DNA of 64,000 nt, taken from assembly GCA_963734545.1 (NCBI GenBank), contig CAVTHO010000003.1, positions 128,001 to 192,000 of the forward strand, written 5' to 3'. Below, piece after piece: positions 50,420-60,874 of this stretch. A model generated the notes under the pieces. The model did not search any database and was not told where the DNA came from. It saw only the letters and a program-made list of their open reading frames with translations. The position numbers were made by a program, and so were the translations under genes. The stretch is from an uncultured Spirochaetota bacterium. Lineage in GTDB: Bacteria; Spirochaetota; Spirochaetia; SZUA-6; Fen-1364. Position 1 is the first letter of the stretch. Every line of letters starts with the position of its first letter.

Positions 50420-50944
50420 ATGAACATGTTCTGCATCTCTGATCGGGACTCGCATACCGCGCTCTCTGATGACTTGATGAAGAAAGTGCAGGCGCTGGCC
50501 GAGGAAAAAGGCTGCGCCCTCGAGTCGATTGCGCTGGACCGAAACGAGACAGCCGCCTGCACGGGGTGCCTGCGATGCTGGAGCGAGCAAACGAGGGAAT
50601 GCGTCAGCCGGGACCTGCTGGGAGACATTACCCGGCACAAGAAAAACTGCGGCGTGGTGGTGTACGTGACCCCGGTCACATTCGGAGGCATGATCTCCAC
50701 GGTGAAGACCGCATGGGACAAGGACGCTCACCTCTTTGCGAACAAGGACCGGTTGAAGCTCGTCATCGGGTATGGAGAAGATGTGGACGATGAGGAAAAG
50801 AGCACCTTTGTGGATACCATCGTCCTGCACCGCGGCGCCGCCGACATTGTGCATCCGGGACAGAAAGAAGCCATCAAGGTCTTTGTGACCAGGTCCAGTG
50901 ACGATACCCGTGCCGTGTGCGAAGAGATCCGGAGGGTCCTGTGA
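50420..50944 (+). CDS. Flavodoxin-like / iron-sulfur flavoprotein-like protein
   Basis: CTGCLRCW..EC, TPVTFGG. Confidence 0.7.
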   Translation: MNMFCISDRDSHTALSDDLMKKVQALAEEKGCALESIALDRNETAACTGCLRCWSEQTRECVSRDLLGDITRHKKNCGVVVYVTPVTFGGMISTVKTAWDKDAHLFANKDRLKLVIGYGEDVDDEEKSTFVDTIVLHRGAADIVHPGQKEAIKVFVTRSSDDTRAVCEEIRRVL

Positions 50945-51588
50945 AAAGAATATGTTTCATAAACGGAAGCCTGAGAGGAAAGGCCGCCTCGTCTCTCAAG
51001 TTCCTGCACGGCGTGGACAAGCTCCTGAGCGACACGGAATTCGAAAAGCCAATCATCACGGTCAAGACCTTGATGCCCGGCGGTTATCCCGCGGAGATAT
51101 TGAAGATGATCGGGGACGCGAATGCCCTTGTCATCGCATTTCCGCTTTTCTGCTACAGCCTTCCCGGGGCCCTGATGAGACTGCTGGAAGACTACAATGC
51201 ATATGCGAGGCAGAACGGCGCCCGGCACGAGACCAGGGTATATGCTATCGTGAATTGCGCATTTGCCGAGCCGGAAATAAACGCTGAAGCAATCCGTGTC
51301 ATGCGGAACTTCTGCAGAAGCGCCGGTCTTGAATGGAGGTTCGCTCTTTCAATCGGATGCGGCCCGGTTGCCGTCCTTGCCAGTGTCATACCGTTTCTGA
51401 ACATGCGAATCAGGAGGGGATTTCGGGAAATAGCGGATGATATCCGGCAGGATCGCAGAGACGCCCGCGCAACGTTCATGGTGAAGCCGTTCATTTCGAA
51501 GAAGATTCTGCTTGCCATACGGGACGGGTTGGAGAAGAAGGCCCAACGGCGCCTTGAAAGAAAGATGAAGCTGAACTATGGAAAATAA
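50941..51588 (+). CDS. Flavodoxin/NADPH-dependent FMN reductase-like protein
   Basis: FINGSLRG, AFPLFCYSLPG, IVNC. Confidence 0.7.
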   Translation: MKRICFINGSLRGKAASSLKFLHGVDKLLSDTEFEKPIITVKTLMPGGYPAEILKMIGDANALVIAFPLFCYSLPGALMRLLEDYNAYARQNGARHETRVYAIVNCAFAEPEINAEAIRVMRNFCRSAGLEWRFALSIGCGPVAVLASVIPFLNMRIRRGFREIADDIRQDRRDARATFMVKPFISKKILLAIRDGLEKKAQRRLERKMKLNYGK

Positions 51589-51600
51589 GGGGGGCCGAAG

Positions 51601-52422
51601 ATGGGGATAAAAGGCGAGTGGATCAGCTACGGAGAAGGATCGGGCTACTTTGCCAGTGCCCGAAAGGGCGCCGACGCCTCTGCCCGGCGTGCTGGTCATC
51701 CAGGAAATCGGCGGCGTCAACGGGCACATCGAGGACGTGACACGCCGCATCGCCGCGGCGGGCTACGCGGCCCTGGCGCCCGACCTGTATGCCGTGGACG
51801 GCAAGCGGCCGGAGGCGCTGACAAAAGAGAGGTTTGCGGAAGCATTCGGCTTCGCGGCCAGGCTTCCCCCCGGGACCATGTTCAATCCGGCCGCCAGGGA
51901 AGCGGCGCTCGCAAAGCTCGGAGAGGCCGAGAGGCGGCTGATAAGCGAAACATTCAGCCAGATGTTCTCATTCGCCGCGCCGGGACGAGACGGGATCCCT
52001 CATGGGCCCGCTCGTCCGCGGATTCCGGCACCTCCGCGAGGAACGCACTGAGACCCGGGGGCAGAAGATAGCCTGCGTGGGCTTCTGCATGGGCGGCGGC
52101 CTGTCGGCCCTCCTGGCCTGTGAGGAGCCCGAGCTTTCCGGTGCAGCGGTGTTCTACGGCATGGCGCCGCCCGCGGAGAAGATCGCCGCCATCGCCTGTC
52201 CCGTCATTGCCTTCTACGGCGCCATGGATCAGCGCGTCAACGCGGGCATACCCGGCTTCCAGGAGGCAATGCGCGCGGCAGGCAAGTCCTTCGAGCACCA
52301 CATCTACGAAGGGGCGGGCCACGCCTTCTTCAACGACGACGGGCCTTCGTACGACGTGAATGCTGCCCGTGATTCCTACGCGCGACTGCTTGCCTTCTTC
52401 GCGAAAGACACTCTCCGGATAG
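51601..52422 (+). CDS. Dienelactone hydrolase family (frameshifted)
   Basis: [28 protein letters not shown]. Confidence 0.85.
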
Positions 52423-52432
52423 GAGGCGACGC

Positions 52433-53610
52433 ATGGATTCGCCGCAGCCAAGCTGCAGCCCCAGCTCGAACGGCCCCGCGAATGCCTTGTCATGGCCAAG
52501 CCCGCGGGACCGCGCTGCAACATGCGCTGCGCGTACTGCTACTACATCGGGAAGGAGGCGGTATTGCGGGCAAGGCCCGGGCCGCCTGCCCACCGACCTG
52601 CTGGAACGCTTCATCGAGCAGAGGCTCCAGTCCTCCCGCGAGTCCGTCGTGCACTTTGAATGGCACGGGGGAGAGCCGACGCTCCTGGGCCTGGACTATT
52701 TCCGTTCGATAGTCCGGATGCAGCGCGCGCATCTGCCGCCGGGGCGCACGGTCTCCAACGGACTGCAGACGAACGGATATCTTCTGAACGGGGCCTGGGC
52801 CGATTTCCTGGCAGCAGAAGGCTTCTCCGTTGGTCTGAGCCTGGACGGGCCCGAGGAGCTGCACGATGCGTTCAGGAGAAGCGCCGACGGCGGGCCCACG
52901 CACGCGCGGGTGGAGCGGGCCTATGCGCTTCTCAAGGAAAGGGGCGTTTTCGTCAACCTGCTGTGCGTGCTTCACGCCCGCAACGCCACGGAACCGGACA
53001 GGGTCTACGACTATTTCCGCGGCCTTGGGGCCACGCACTTTCAGTTCCTGCCGCTGGTTGCGGGGACCGCGGGCACGGACTCCGCCGCGGCGGAGCCCGA
53101 TGCAGGTCGGCGGAATTCCTCTGCCGAGTATTCGACCGCTGGATTCACGAGGACGTGGGCCGGGTTGTGATCCAGAACATCGACGAGGCGTTGCGCCCGA
53201 TCTATGGGCTCCCGCATGCCCTCTGCATCCATCGCGAGACCTGCGGGGATGTTGCGGTGCTCGAGCGTGACGGCGCCTTCTACGCGTGCGACCATTTCGT
53301 CGATGCGGATCACCTGGTCGGCAACCTGCGCGAGCGGAGCCTGGCGGACCTGGCCGCCGACCCGCGCATGATCGATTTCGGCAACGCGAAGCGGGACACG
53401 CTGCCGCGCGTCTGCCGTGAGTGCGACGTCCTCTCGTGGTGCAACGGCGGATGCCCCAAGGATCGCGCGCCCGCGGCCCCCGGTGAGGCCGGCGGCGTGA
53501 ACAGGCTCTGCGCTGCCTACAAGAAGTTCTTCCGCCATTGCAGGCCCGAGCTGACGAGATTGGCGGCGCACATGCACGCGGGACGGCCGCTGCGGGAGTT
53601 CACTGTCTGA
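52433..53610 (+). CDS. Anaerobic sulfatase maturase-like radical SAM/SPASM enzyme (frameshifted)
   Basis: KPAGPRCNMRCAYCYY, WHGGEP, QTNG, SLDGP, CDHFV, C..C...CNGGCPK. Confidence 0.88.
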
Positions 53611-53904
53611 GGAGTCGTTCCTCAACGGGGCTGCCGGTCGCGAGCGCGCGGCCCCGCGGCCAGGGCATGCCGGTGTTCCCGCACCTCCAGGACTTCTCCC
53701 TGAATGTTGCGGGCGGAATTTGGTTGCGGAGATCTCTTTCTGCTATATAATGACAGCATAAATAAGTTGAAGCGACTGAAAGTGCGTACGATCTGCCCAA
53801 GTCACAGAAAGCGCGCTGCGGGAGGGATCCCTGCAAAGGCCGCAGGCGGTCTGCATTGACGCCCGCCTCTTCAGCCGCCCGACACAGGCATTACGAGTCC
53901 ACTC

Positions 53905-54046
53905 GCATAACTCGACGTCCGAGGGAGTTGCACGGCGAAGGCAGAACATACCTTGTGAAGATATTGTGCCGTTCGATGCGACGCCGCGTAACATATGCGA
54001 TAGCGCGGTTAGCGGCCGCACCGTACAATAAGATGTTATGCAAAAC
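53905..54046 (+). mobile_element. Putative first recombination site (attI-like or degenerate attC) of a cassette array
   Basis: Core GTTATGC at 54035; GTTATGCAAAAC is the exact reverse complement of GTTTTGCATAAC at 57282-57293. Confidence 0.6.
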
Positions 54047-54121
54047 GGAGTTGTTACCTTGACCAAATGCCATTTGCCCAAATGTGCTGTACAGCCAATA
54101 CAGCTATGATATAGTCCGATT

Positions 54122-57100
54122 ATGGGACTAACAGACTTTGATAGGGCGTACGATCGCGTCAAGTCGCTGTCCGAGACCTTCGAGCGAGGCATTACCCGAT
54201 ATATGTCTTCTATATATCAAGAAGCTGAAGCACGCAAGGATTTCATAGACAAATTGTTCATCGCACTTGGATGGGATGTTAATCACGATATTCAACTAAA
54301 CCCCTATGAGCAGGAAGTAAAGGTAGAGCGGGCAATATCTATCTCATCCAGCCAGCGGAGAGCAGATTATGCGTTTTGCTGCTCTCCAAACTACAGGGAT
54401 GTAAGGTTCTATGTTGAAGCTAAGAAGCCTTATAGCGACATTGGCAACGCCGAAAACTACTTTCAGACAATACGGTACGGATGGAATAGCGGTACCGCAC
54501 TTGCGGTTCTGACAGACTATGATCAATTCCATATTCTTGATTGTCGCTACAAACCGGATCCAGAAACCATATTAAGCCGAGCCCTTCGTGTCTACCACTA
54601 TACCGACTATATCGATAAAGACAGCTTCGCAGAAATATACTGGCTGTTTTCCCACGAAGCCGTTGCAGGTGGATCCATCGAGAAGCGTTCAGCCGAGTTA
54701 CCTAAGCCTCGAGGGAAGGCGGTGCAACGAGAGCTCTTTCCCGGTGCCTATAAACCCGTAGATGAAGCATTTCTTGAAGACCTAGACGAGTATCGCATTA
54801 CCCTGGCACGTTCCTTTAAGGCGAGTAATCCTGAACTTGATGGTGAGGCTCTTACTGAAATAGTTCAGCGTACTCTCGACCGACTCGTCTTCTTAAGATT
54901 CTTAGAAGATAAGCAAATCGAACAAGAGCCTATAGTTGCCAATTTAGGAAGCCATTCGAGTGCATGGGATGATTTTATAGCTACTAGTCGTCGATTGAAT
55001 AGCATTTATGATGGAATGCTGTTTAAGCATCACAATCTCCTTGACTCCAAGGAGACAAAAATCGACGAAACTGCATTTGCCAAAATTTGTGAGTCTCTTG
55101 CTCACATAAATACTCCATATGATTTTAATGCTATCCCGATCTATATCCTCGGTTCAATTTATGAGAGATTCCTGGGAAAGGTGCTTGTCGCTACCGAAAA
55201 GAGAGTCTATCTAGAAGAAAAGGCCGAAGTAAAGAAGGCTGGAGGCGTCTATTACACGCCAGAGTACATTGTCCAATACATCGTTGATAGGACAGTAGGT
55301 AGAATTATCGAGGGAAAGACACCCGCGCAGATTTCTAACCTAAGATTTATTGATATTGCATGTGGCAGCGGCTCATTCCTTCTCGGAGTATATGACAAGC
55401 TCGTAGATTATCATGGAAATTATTACAACTCATTAGGGAGGGAAGATAGAGACCGCCTCGTAAAGCGTGGAGATTGCATAGAGCGAAACGGAAGAATCTA
55501 TGTCTCTCTAAAAAAGAAAAGATCCATTCTATTGAATAATATATATGGAGTTGACATAGATTCACAAGCAATAGAGCTTGCGCAACTTTCACTCTATCTT
55601 AAGCTATTAAAGGACGAGACAATTGTAAGCTCTCATGAGCATCAATTAGAGTTCCATGAGGCACTGTTGCCCTCCTTATCGTCCAACCTTATTTGTGGTA
55701 ATTCAATTTTGGGGACCGAGATACTTCAGGGCAAGCTTTTTAGCATAGAAGAGGAAAAGAAGCTTAATCCCATGAATTTTAAGGATGCGTTTCCGGCCGC
55801 AATAGCAGCCGGGGGTTTTGATGTAGTAATCGGAAACCCTCCATATCGGAGAGAATTAGATTACAAGCATTTGTTGGATCAAATAGCACAAGGTAGTCTT
55901 GGCAAGAAATATCGTTGCGCTCGTATGGACCTTTGGTACTATTTCGTACATCGCGGCATGGAGATTATGAAGCCAAAAGGTCTGCTGTCTTTTATTGTAA
56001 ACGCATACTGGATTGCTGGTACTGGATCAGAGAAACTGATTCAGACAATGAAAGATTCATCGCACATTGAAGAGATTTTTGCCTTGGGAAAGATGAAAGT
56101 ATTCGAAAAAGTATCTGGCCAACATATGATAATTCGCATCCAAAAGGGCAAATCTAGTGCACAAACGGTGCTTAGGACGGTCATAGGTGGCAATGAAAGG
56201 ACCGCTGAACCTTTTTTTACAGGGCTAGGAAAAGTAGTAAGCCTAAGAAAAACGCCGAAAGAGTTGTTCCTGGACGGAAAAATCGACATTCAACCAGGCA
56301 GTGGTGTATTGTTAAGAAAAATCGATCGCGGAGTGAAGCTCTCTCAATTGGGGATTGTAAGACAAGGAATTGCAGAGAATCCATCCTCAATTAACCGGAA
56401 AACAAACAAAAAGTTTGGTGAAAAATGGAAAGAAGGTGAGGGTGTATTTGCGCTTACAAGCAGTGAAGCAAAACGGCTGAAATTGACTATCCAAGAAAGG
56501 CAATTGCTAAGGCCTTACCATGATCTGTGTGATCTTGATAGGTATTGGATAAGAGAAGCGGCATCTTATCTGCTAATATATTCAACTCCTAAGACATGCC
56601 CGGACATAAAGGTCTATCCAAATATTTATGCGCACCTCAGCAAGTTTCGTGAGATTACATCTGCTCGTAGAGAGACAAGAAACGGGTCTAACCAATGGTG
56701 GCACTTGCATTGGCCTCGCGATGAAGAAATATGGAAAGCAAGCAAGATCATCTCCATACAGATGGCCGCAAGGCCAAGCTTCTCTTGTTCAGAGCAACCC
56801 GTATATTTGCCTTTTAGTGTGAATGTTTTTGTTCCGAACAATATGGTGAAAGAAAACATGAAGTATGTCCTTGCGCTTCTGAATTCCAAGGTTTTGTGGC
56901 ATTGGTTTAGCCATCACGCAAAACGAAGGGGGGTTGGCCTAGAGATAAATGGCAATGTCTTATCTTCTGCACCGATTCGAAGGATAAACTTCAGTATTGC
57001 AAAAGAAAAGCGAATTCACCAAGAATTGGTCGAATTGGTGGATGCAAATATTAAGGCGATTAACCAGGTAAAGATAGGCGTAACGGAGAAAAATCTTGCC

Positions 57101-57211
57101 TACTACGAAAGTAGGCAAAAGTCAATCGATCGGCAAATTGATCAACATATTTATCAGCTTTATGGTCTTTCGGAAGAGGAGGCGGGTCTCTTGGACAAGG
57201 AGTATGAATAG
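54122..57211 (+). CDS. Type IIG restriction-modification enzyme (Eco57I-like fused nuclease/N6-adenine MTase/TRD)
   Basis: ADY..VEAKK PD-(D/E)xK, GVYYTP, DIACGSGSFL, GNPPY; visibly AT-rich. Confidence 0.9.
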   Translation: MGLTDFDRAYDRVKSLSETFERGITRYMSSIYQEAEARKDFIDKLFIALGWDVNHDIQLNPYEQEVKVERAISISSSQRRADYAFCCSPNYRDVRFYVEAKKPYSDIGNAENYFQTIRYGWNSGTALAVLTDYDQFHILDCRYKPDPETILSRALRVYHYTDYIDKDSFAEIYWLFSHEAVAGGSIEKRSAELPKPRGKAVQRELFPGAYKPVDEAFLEDLDEYRITLARSFKASNPELDGEALTEIVQRTLDRLVFLRFLEDKQIEQEPIVANLGSHSSAWDDFIATSRRLNSIYDGMLFKHHNLLDSKETKIDETAFAKICESLAHINTPYDFNAIPIYILGSIYERFLGKVLVATEKRVYLEEKAEVKKAGGVYYTPEYIVQYIVDRTVGRIIEGKTPAQISNLRFIDIACGSGSFLLGVYDKLVDYHGNYYNSLGREDRDRLVKRGDCIERNGRIYVSLKKKRSILLNNIYGVDIDSQAIELAQLSLYLKLLKDETIVSSHEHQLEFHEALLPSLSSNLICGNSILGTEILQGKLFSIEEEKKLNPMNFKDAFPAAIAAGGFDVVIGNPPYRRELDYKHLLDQIAQGSLGKKYRCARMDLWYYFVHRGMEIMKPKGLLSFIVNAYWIAGTGSEKLIQTMKDSSHIEEIFALGKMKVFEKVSGQHMIIRIQKGKSSAQTVLRTVIGGNERTAEPFFTGLGKVVSLRKTPKELFLDGKIDIQPGSGVLLRKIDRGVKLSQLGIVRQGIAENPSSINRKTNKKFGEKWKEGEGVFALTSSEAKRLKLTIQERQLLRPYHDLCDLDRYWIREAASYLLIYSTPKTCPDIKVYPNIYAHLSKFREITSARRETRNGSNQWWHLHWPRDEEIWKASKIISIQMAARPSFSCSEQPVYLPFSVNVFVPNNMVKENMKYVLALLNSKVLWHWFSHHAKRRGVGLEINGNVLSSAPIRRINFSIAKEKRIHQELVELVDANIKAINQVKIGVTEKNLAYYESRQKSIDRQIDQHIYQLYGLSEEEAGLLDKEYE

Positions 57212-57286
57212 TAATTGAATTGAGATGGCCCTTGTGAGTATTTCAGTCGTCGAGATAGCAATTAAAGTGGAATTGAAAACTGTTTT

Positions 57287-57401
57287 GCATAACAAATCGT
57301 TGCAGTTGTCCCCTAGACGACGTTTGGAAGAGCCAATGCAGTTTCGCAATGCCGTTCATTGCTGTGCTGATGCTGCGGGGCAACTGAACTCTATGCTCGG
57401 C
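57287..57401 (+). mobile_element. Integron attC site 1
   Basis: GCATAAC-AAATCG-TT[G]CAGTTG[T]CCCC ... GGGGCAACTGAA-CTCTAT-GCTCGGC: inverted arms with two extrahelical bases; right core degenerate. Confidence 0.8.
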
Positions 57402-57479
57402 GTTTTCACTTGAATTCGCGTGGCTCTGCTCCTTGTGCATTGCTCCTGAGACTACGAATGAAAGTTAGGAGGTAACCCC

Positions 57480-59639
57480 ATGATTCAGAACTTCAGCGTC
57501 GCATTCCAGCAGATGGCAAGCTTTCTTTCGATATCAAAACTCCGCGCATTCCCTGATATCCTTGAGGAGCTCGTGCAGCAAAGCCTGGTCATCCTTCCCA
57601 GCGACAGGCACGGGAACGCGCAGGACGTCTCAGCCTCGCTGCAATCTCTCTTTGGTCTCCAGCTGAACGACAAGGATATTCAAGCTGCAATCGACTCTCT
57701 GGTTGCCCGAAAGGCCGTGCAGACACTCGCAAACGGCAGCCTGGCGCTCGAAGAATCAAATGCGGTGCGCATAGAAAGACGAATCCAGGACGCCAGAGAG
57801 CTGGAGTTCAGAGTGAAGGCTAAGTGGACCGCAGCAGTTGGCCGGAAAAAGTGCTGCGTAGTTTCGGACGACCTTTGGAAGGCACTGCGGGACTTTTTGC
57901 AGCAAGCTTTTCGCAGACACGGAATTCAAGTTGCGGCGCTGGTGGACCCAAACATCGACGTTTCGCACGAGCAGTCCAGCAGCTTGAGCTACATTGTGGA
58001 CGAAACGGTTGCCAGACTCTTCCCTCAGCTTGCTCCCGCTGAGAAGCGGTCAGCCGCTGAAGTCATTTCCTCCTTCTTTGACGCAGGCTCAATTGACAAT
58101 GACCGCGCACGGTACATTTCGGGTTTGGCGGATGGAGCCTTCAACTACTTTTCTCTTTCGATTGCTCCCGATGTATCGAAGCGGTTCCGTGATAAGCTGG
58201 ACAGCCTGACCATTTTCATGGATACCAACTTTTTGTTTGGCATTTTAGATCTCCACCTCAATACCCAGGTCGACGTTTCAGCCGAGCTTGTTGAAGCAAT
58301 AAACAGGTTCCGACTGCCTTTCAAAATGAGATATCACGAGGCGACTTCAAGGGAACTCACGAACACCCTCACGTTCTATTCTTCTGTGTTGCGGTCAACG
58401 AAGTGGCCTCAAGCGATAAGCCGGGCGGCTAACAACCTCGGCGCGCTCTCAGGAATTGAGCTAAAGTATCACCAATTGAACGCTGAGCGAAGAGTCGACG
58501 TTGAGGACTTCCTTGCACCTTACCAGCAATGGCAGATTCTTCTCAAATCCAAAGGCATCGACGTCTATAGAGGAGATTCCTCTGAGGAACGACTGCGCAG
58601 ACGCGCAGATCTCGAGGATGCGTATCGGAGATACTTTGCGCAAGTGGGGCGCACAAAGTTTCCCGAAGCTGTCCAACACGACATGGCCGTCCTTGAAGCA
58701 GTTCGCTCGCTGAGGACTCCTAACAGAGCGGCGCTGGAGTCCGGTGCCATGTTGCTAACCTGCGACCACCACTTGTTCAGATTTGACAGCATTTCCAGCC
58801 GGCAATCGCGTGACTTCGGCTGCACGATGCTTCCGAGCGTGTTTTGGCAAGTATTGAGGCCCTTCGTTGCCGACGCATCTGACTACGACAAGGCCTTCGC
58901 CGAGTCTTTCGGCATTCCTGAGTTTAGCCTCACTCGGGGAAACGCCTCAAAGGCGGCGACGAGAATGCTCAGCATCCTTGCGAGTTACAAAGACATCCCA
59001 GAAGAAACGGCCGCGGCAATGCTTTCGAGCTCCATGGTACTCTCGCAAATAGAGAGAGCGGAGAGCGATGAGGACTTTTACCGAATCATCGACAGTGAAC
59101 TTGCGCGGCAAAACACGAGCCTAATTGAAGAACTGGCCGAAGTCGAAAAGCAGAAGCAAATAGAGCAGGAGAGCGCAACGCAGAGGGCGAAGGAATTGGC
59201 CCAGGCGAAGGGAATCATTGCGGACAAAGAAGCTGAGCTCGCGAACCTCGAGAAAGAGCTCGCGGAGCGAGATGATGTCGCAAGCATAAAGCGCAAACAG
59301 CTGTCTGCAGCGGCCGAGGCAAGGCAAGTTGCAGAGGATCAAGCCTCTAGCCAACAGACAGCTATAGATTCGTCTAGGCGTCAGATCCGCAACCTCCGGC
59401 GCGGTGTTGGACTGTCGGTAGGGCTTCTACTGAGTCTCGTGTTCTATTTGCTTATCAACATGGTAGGAGTTTGGCCGTGGCTCCAGAACCATTACCACTC
59501 GGTCGGAATCCAAGCGTCCGCCATTATCTTACTGATTCTTGCTGCGCTCGGCATTGCGGAGCCGAACCGGCGCCTTCGGTTGCTTTGGTTTGCGGCCACT
59601 GCCTTACCGGTCATTGGAGCTTTGCTGACCATTTTGTGA
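57480..59639 (+). CDS. Hypothetical protein: PIN-like domain, coiled coil, 3 C-terminal TM helices
   Basis: IFMDTNFL, QHDMAVL, LLTCDHHL acidic PIN-like motifs; E/K/Q-rich heptads; hydrophobic C-terminus. Confidence 0.7.
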   Translation: MIQNFSVAFQQMASFLSISKLRAFPDILEELVQQSLVILPSDRHGNAQDVSASLQSLFGLQLNDKDIQAAIDSLVARKAVQTLANGSLALEESNAVRIERRIQDARELEFRVKAKWTAAVGRKKCCVVSDDLWKALRDFLQQAFRRHGIQVAALVDPNIDVSHEQSSSLSYIVDETVARLFPQLAPAEKRSAAEVISSFFDAGSIDNDRARYISGLADGAFNYFSLSIAPDVSKRFRDKLDSLTIFMDTNFLFGILDLHLNTQVDVSAELVEAINRFRLPFKMRYHEATSRELTNTLTFYSSVLRSTKWPQAISRAANNLGALSGIELKYHQLNAERRVDVEDFLAPYQQWQILLKSKGIDVYRGDSSEERLRRRADLEDAYRRYFAQVGRTKFPEAVQHDMAVLEAVRSLRTPNRAALESGAMLLTCDHHLFRFDSISSRQSRDFGCTMLPSVFWQVLRPFVADASDYDKAFAESFGIPEFSLTRGNASKAATRMLSILASYKDIPEETAAAMLSSSMVLSQIERAESDEDFYRIIDSELARQNTSLIEELAEVEKQKQIEQESATQRAKELAQAKGIIADKEAELANLEKELAERDDVASIKRKQLSAAAEARQVAEDQASSQQTAIDSSRRQIRNLRRGVGLSVGLLLSLVFYLLINMVGVWPWLQNHYHSVGIQASAIILLILAALGIAEPNRRLRLLWFAATALPVIGALLTIL

Positions 59640-59668
59640 TCCTGTCGGACCTGCAAGGTCAGAAAAAC

Positions 59669-59784
59669 GCCTAACAAATCGTTGCAGTAGTCGCCTTAAA
59701 GGCCGTCTGGATCGGAAGGTGCAGTTCGGAATTCCAAATTGGGCCGAGGCTGATGCGGCGGCGCTACTCAACTCTATCTTATGA
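59669..59784 (+). mobile_element. Integron attC site 2
   Basis: GCCTAAC-AAATCG-TTG[C]AGTAG[T]CGCC ... GGCGCTACTCAA-CTCTAT-CTTATGA. Confidence 0.8.
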
Positions 59785-59866
59785 CGCAGGAGATACTGAT
59801 ATCTCAGGGTCGGGGCATGCGGGCTTGCTCGTAGACTACGCCGGTCCTGCCGAGTAGGCTTTGGCC

Positions 59867-60820
59867 ATGATTTCGCTCCTTGATGTGCAGCGCGCGAAGG
59901 CGGCAATCACGCCCTACGTGAGGCGCACGGCTCTCGAGAAGAACTCCACTCTCAGTCAGCAGCTCGGTACGAATGTCTATCTGAAGCTCGAGCTGTTCCA
60001 GCGCACTGGTTCCTTCAAGCCGAGGGGCGCGTTTGCCCAGGTCCTGAACCTGACGCAGGCGCAGCGGAACAGGGGAGTTGTCGGTGTCAGCGGCGGCAAC
60101 TTTGCCCAAGGGATGGCGATCGCGGCCCGCGAGCTGAACTGCCGGGCTGTTGTGTGCATGCCCGCGTCAACGCCTCGAAACTACATCGAAGCAGCCGAAG
60201 CCTACGGTGCAAAGGTAGACCTCTCGCCAACATTCGCCGGGATCTTCGAGCGGGCAGACCAATACGCGCGAGATGGATGGAGCCTCCTTCACCCCTTCGA
60301 CAACCCGCAGCAGATGGCCGGCGCCGGAACAATCGGCCTGGAGATCGTGGAGGACCTGCCTTCAGTCACTGACGTACTGATCAGCATCGGCGGCGGCGGG
60401 CTGTACGCCGGGATAGCTGTAGCATTGACTGGCCTGAAGCCCAGCGTGCGGGTCTGGGGCGTGGAAACAGTGGGATCCGAAACGATGGGTGCGTCCTTGG
60501 CAGCCGGCAGGATCGTCGAGATCGAGCCGAAGTCTCTGGCGAAAACCCTGGGATCTCCCTACGTCGCCAAGGATGCCTTCGAGATCATGCAACGCAACCC
60601 CGAGCGGTACGTAGCGGTGACTGACAGGGAAGCGTTTGAGGCCGGCGTGTTCCTGCTGGAACGCGCCAAGCTGAACACTGAGCTGGCAGCTTCCTGCACC
60701 CTGGCAGCAGCTCGCCGTATCTCAAAGAGCTTTGGCCCAGAGGATCATGTGGTCTTGCTCATCTGTGGCGGAAACAACTCCCTGGAGAACTGGCTGCACT
60801 ATCGCGAGGTTCTCACCTGA
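59867..60820 (+). CDS. PLP-dependent threonine/serine dehydratase family
   Basis: TGSFKPRGA, SGGNF, IGGGGL, CGGN. Confidence 0.9.
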   Translation: MISLLDVQRAKAAITPYVRRTALEKNSTLSQQLGTNVYLKLELFQRTGSFKPRGAFAQVLNLTQAQRNRGVVGVSGGNFAQGMAIAARELNCRAVVCMPASTPRNYIEAAEAYGAKVDLSPTFAGIFERADQYARDGWSLLHPFDNPQQMAGAGTIGLEIVEDLPSVTDVLISIGGGGLYAGIAVALTGLKPSVRVWGVETVGSETMGASLAAGRIVEIEPKSLAKTLGSPYVAKDAFEIMQRNPERYVAVTDREAFEAGVFLLERAKLNTELAASCTLAAARRISKSFGPEDHVVLLICGGNNSLENWLHYREVLT

Positions 60821-60874
60821 CTCGAACCGCGTCAATATCTAGGCAAATCCTTGTCACCGGTAAGGAGAACGATT

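Noticed and set aside
57225-57440. Small ORFs containing HNKSLQ and their antisense counterparts
   Set aside because: Translations of the attC repeat, not genes
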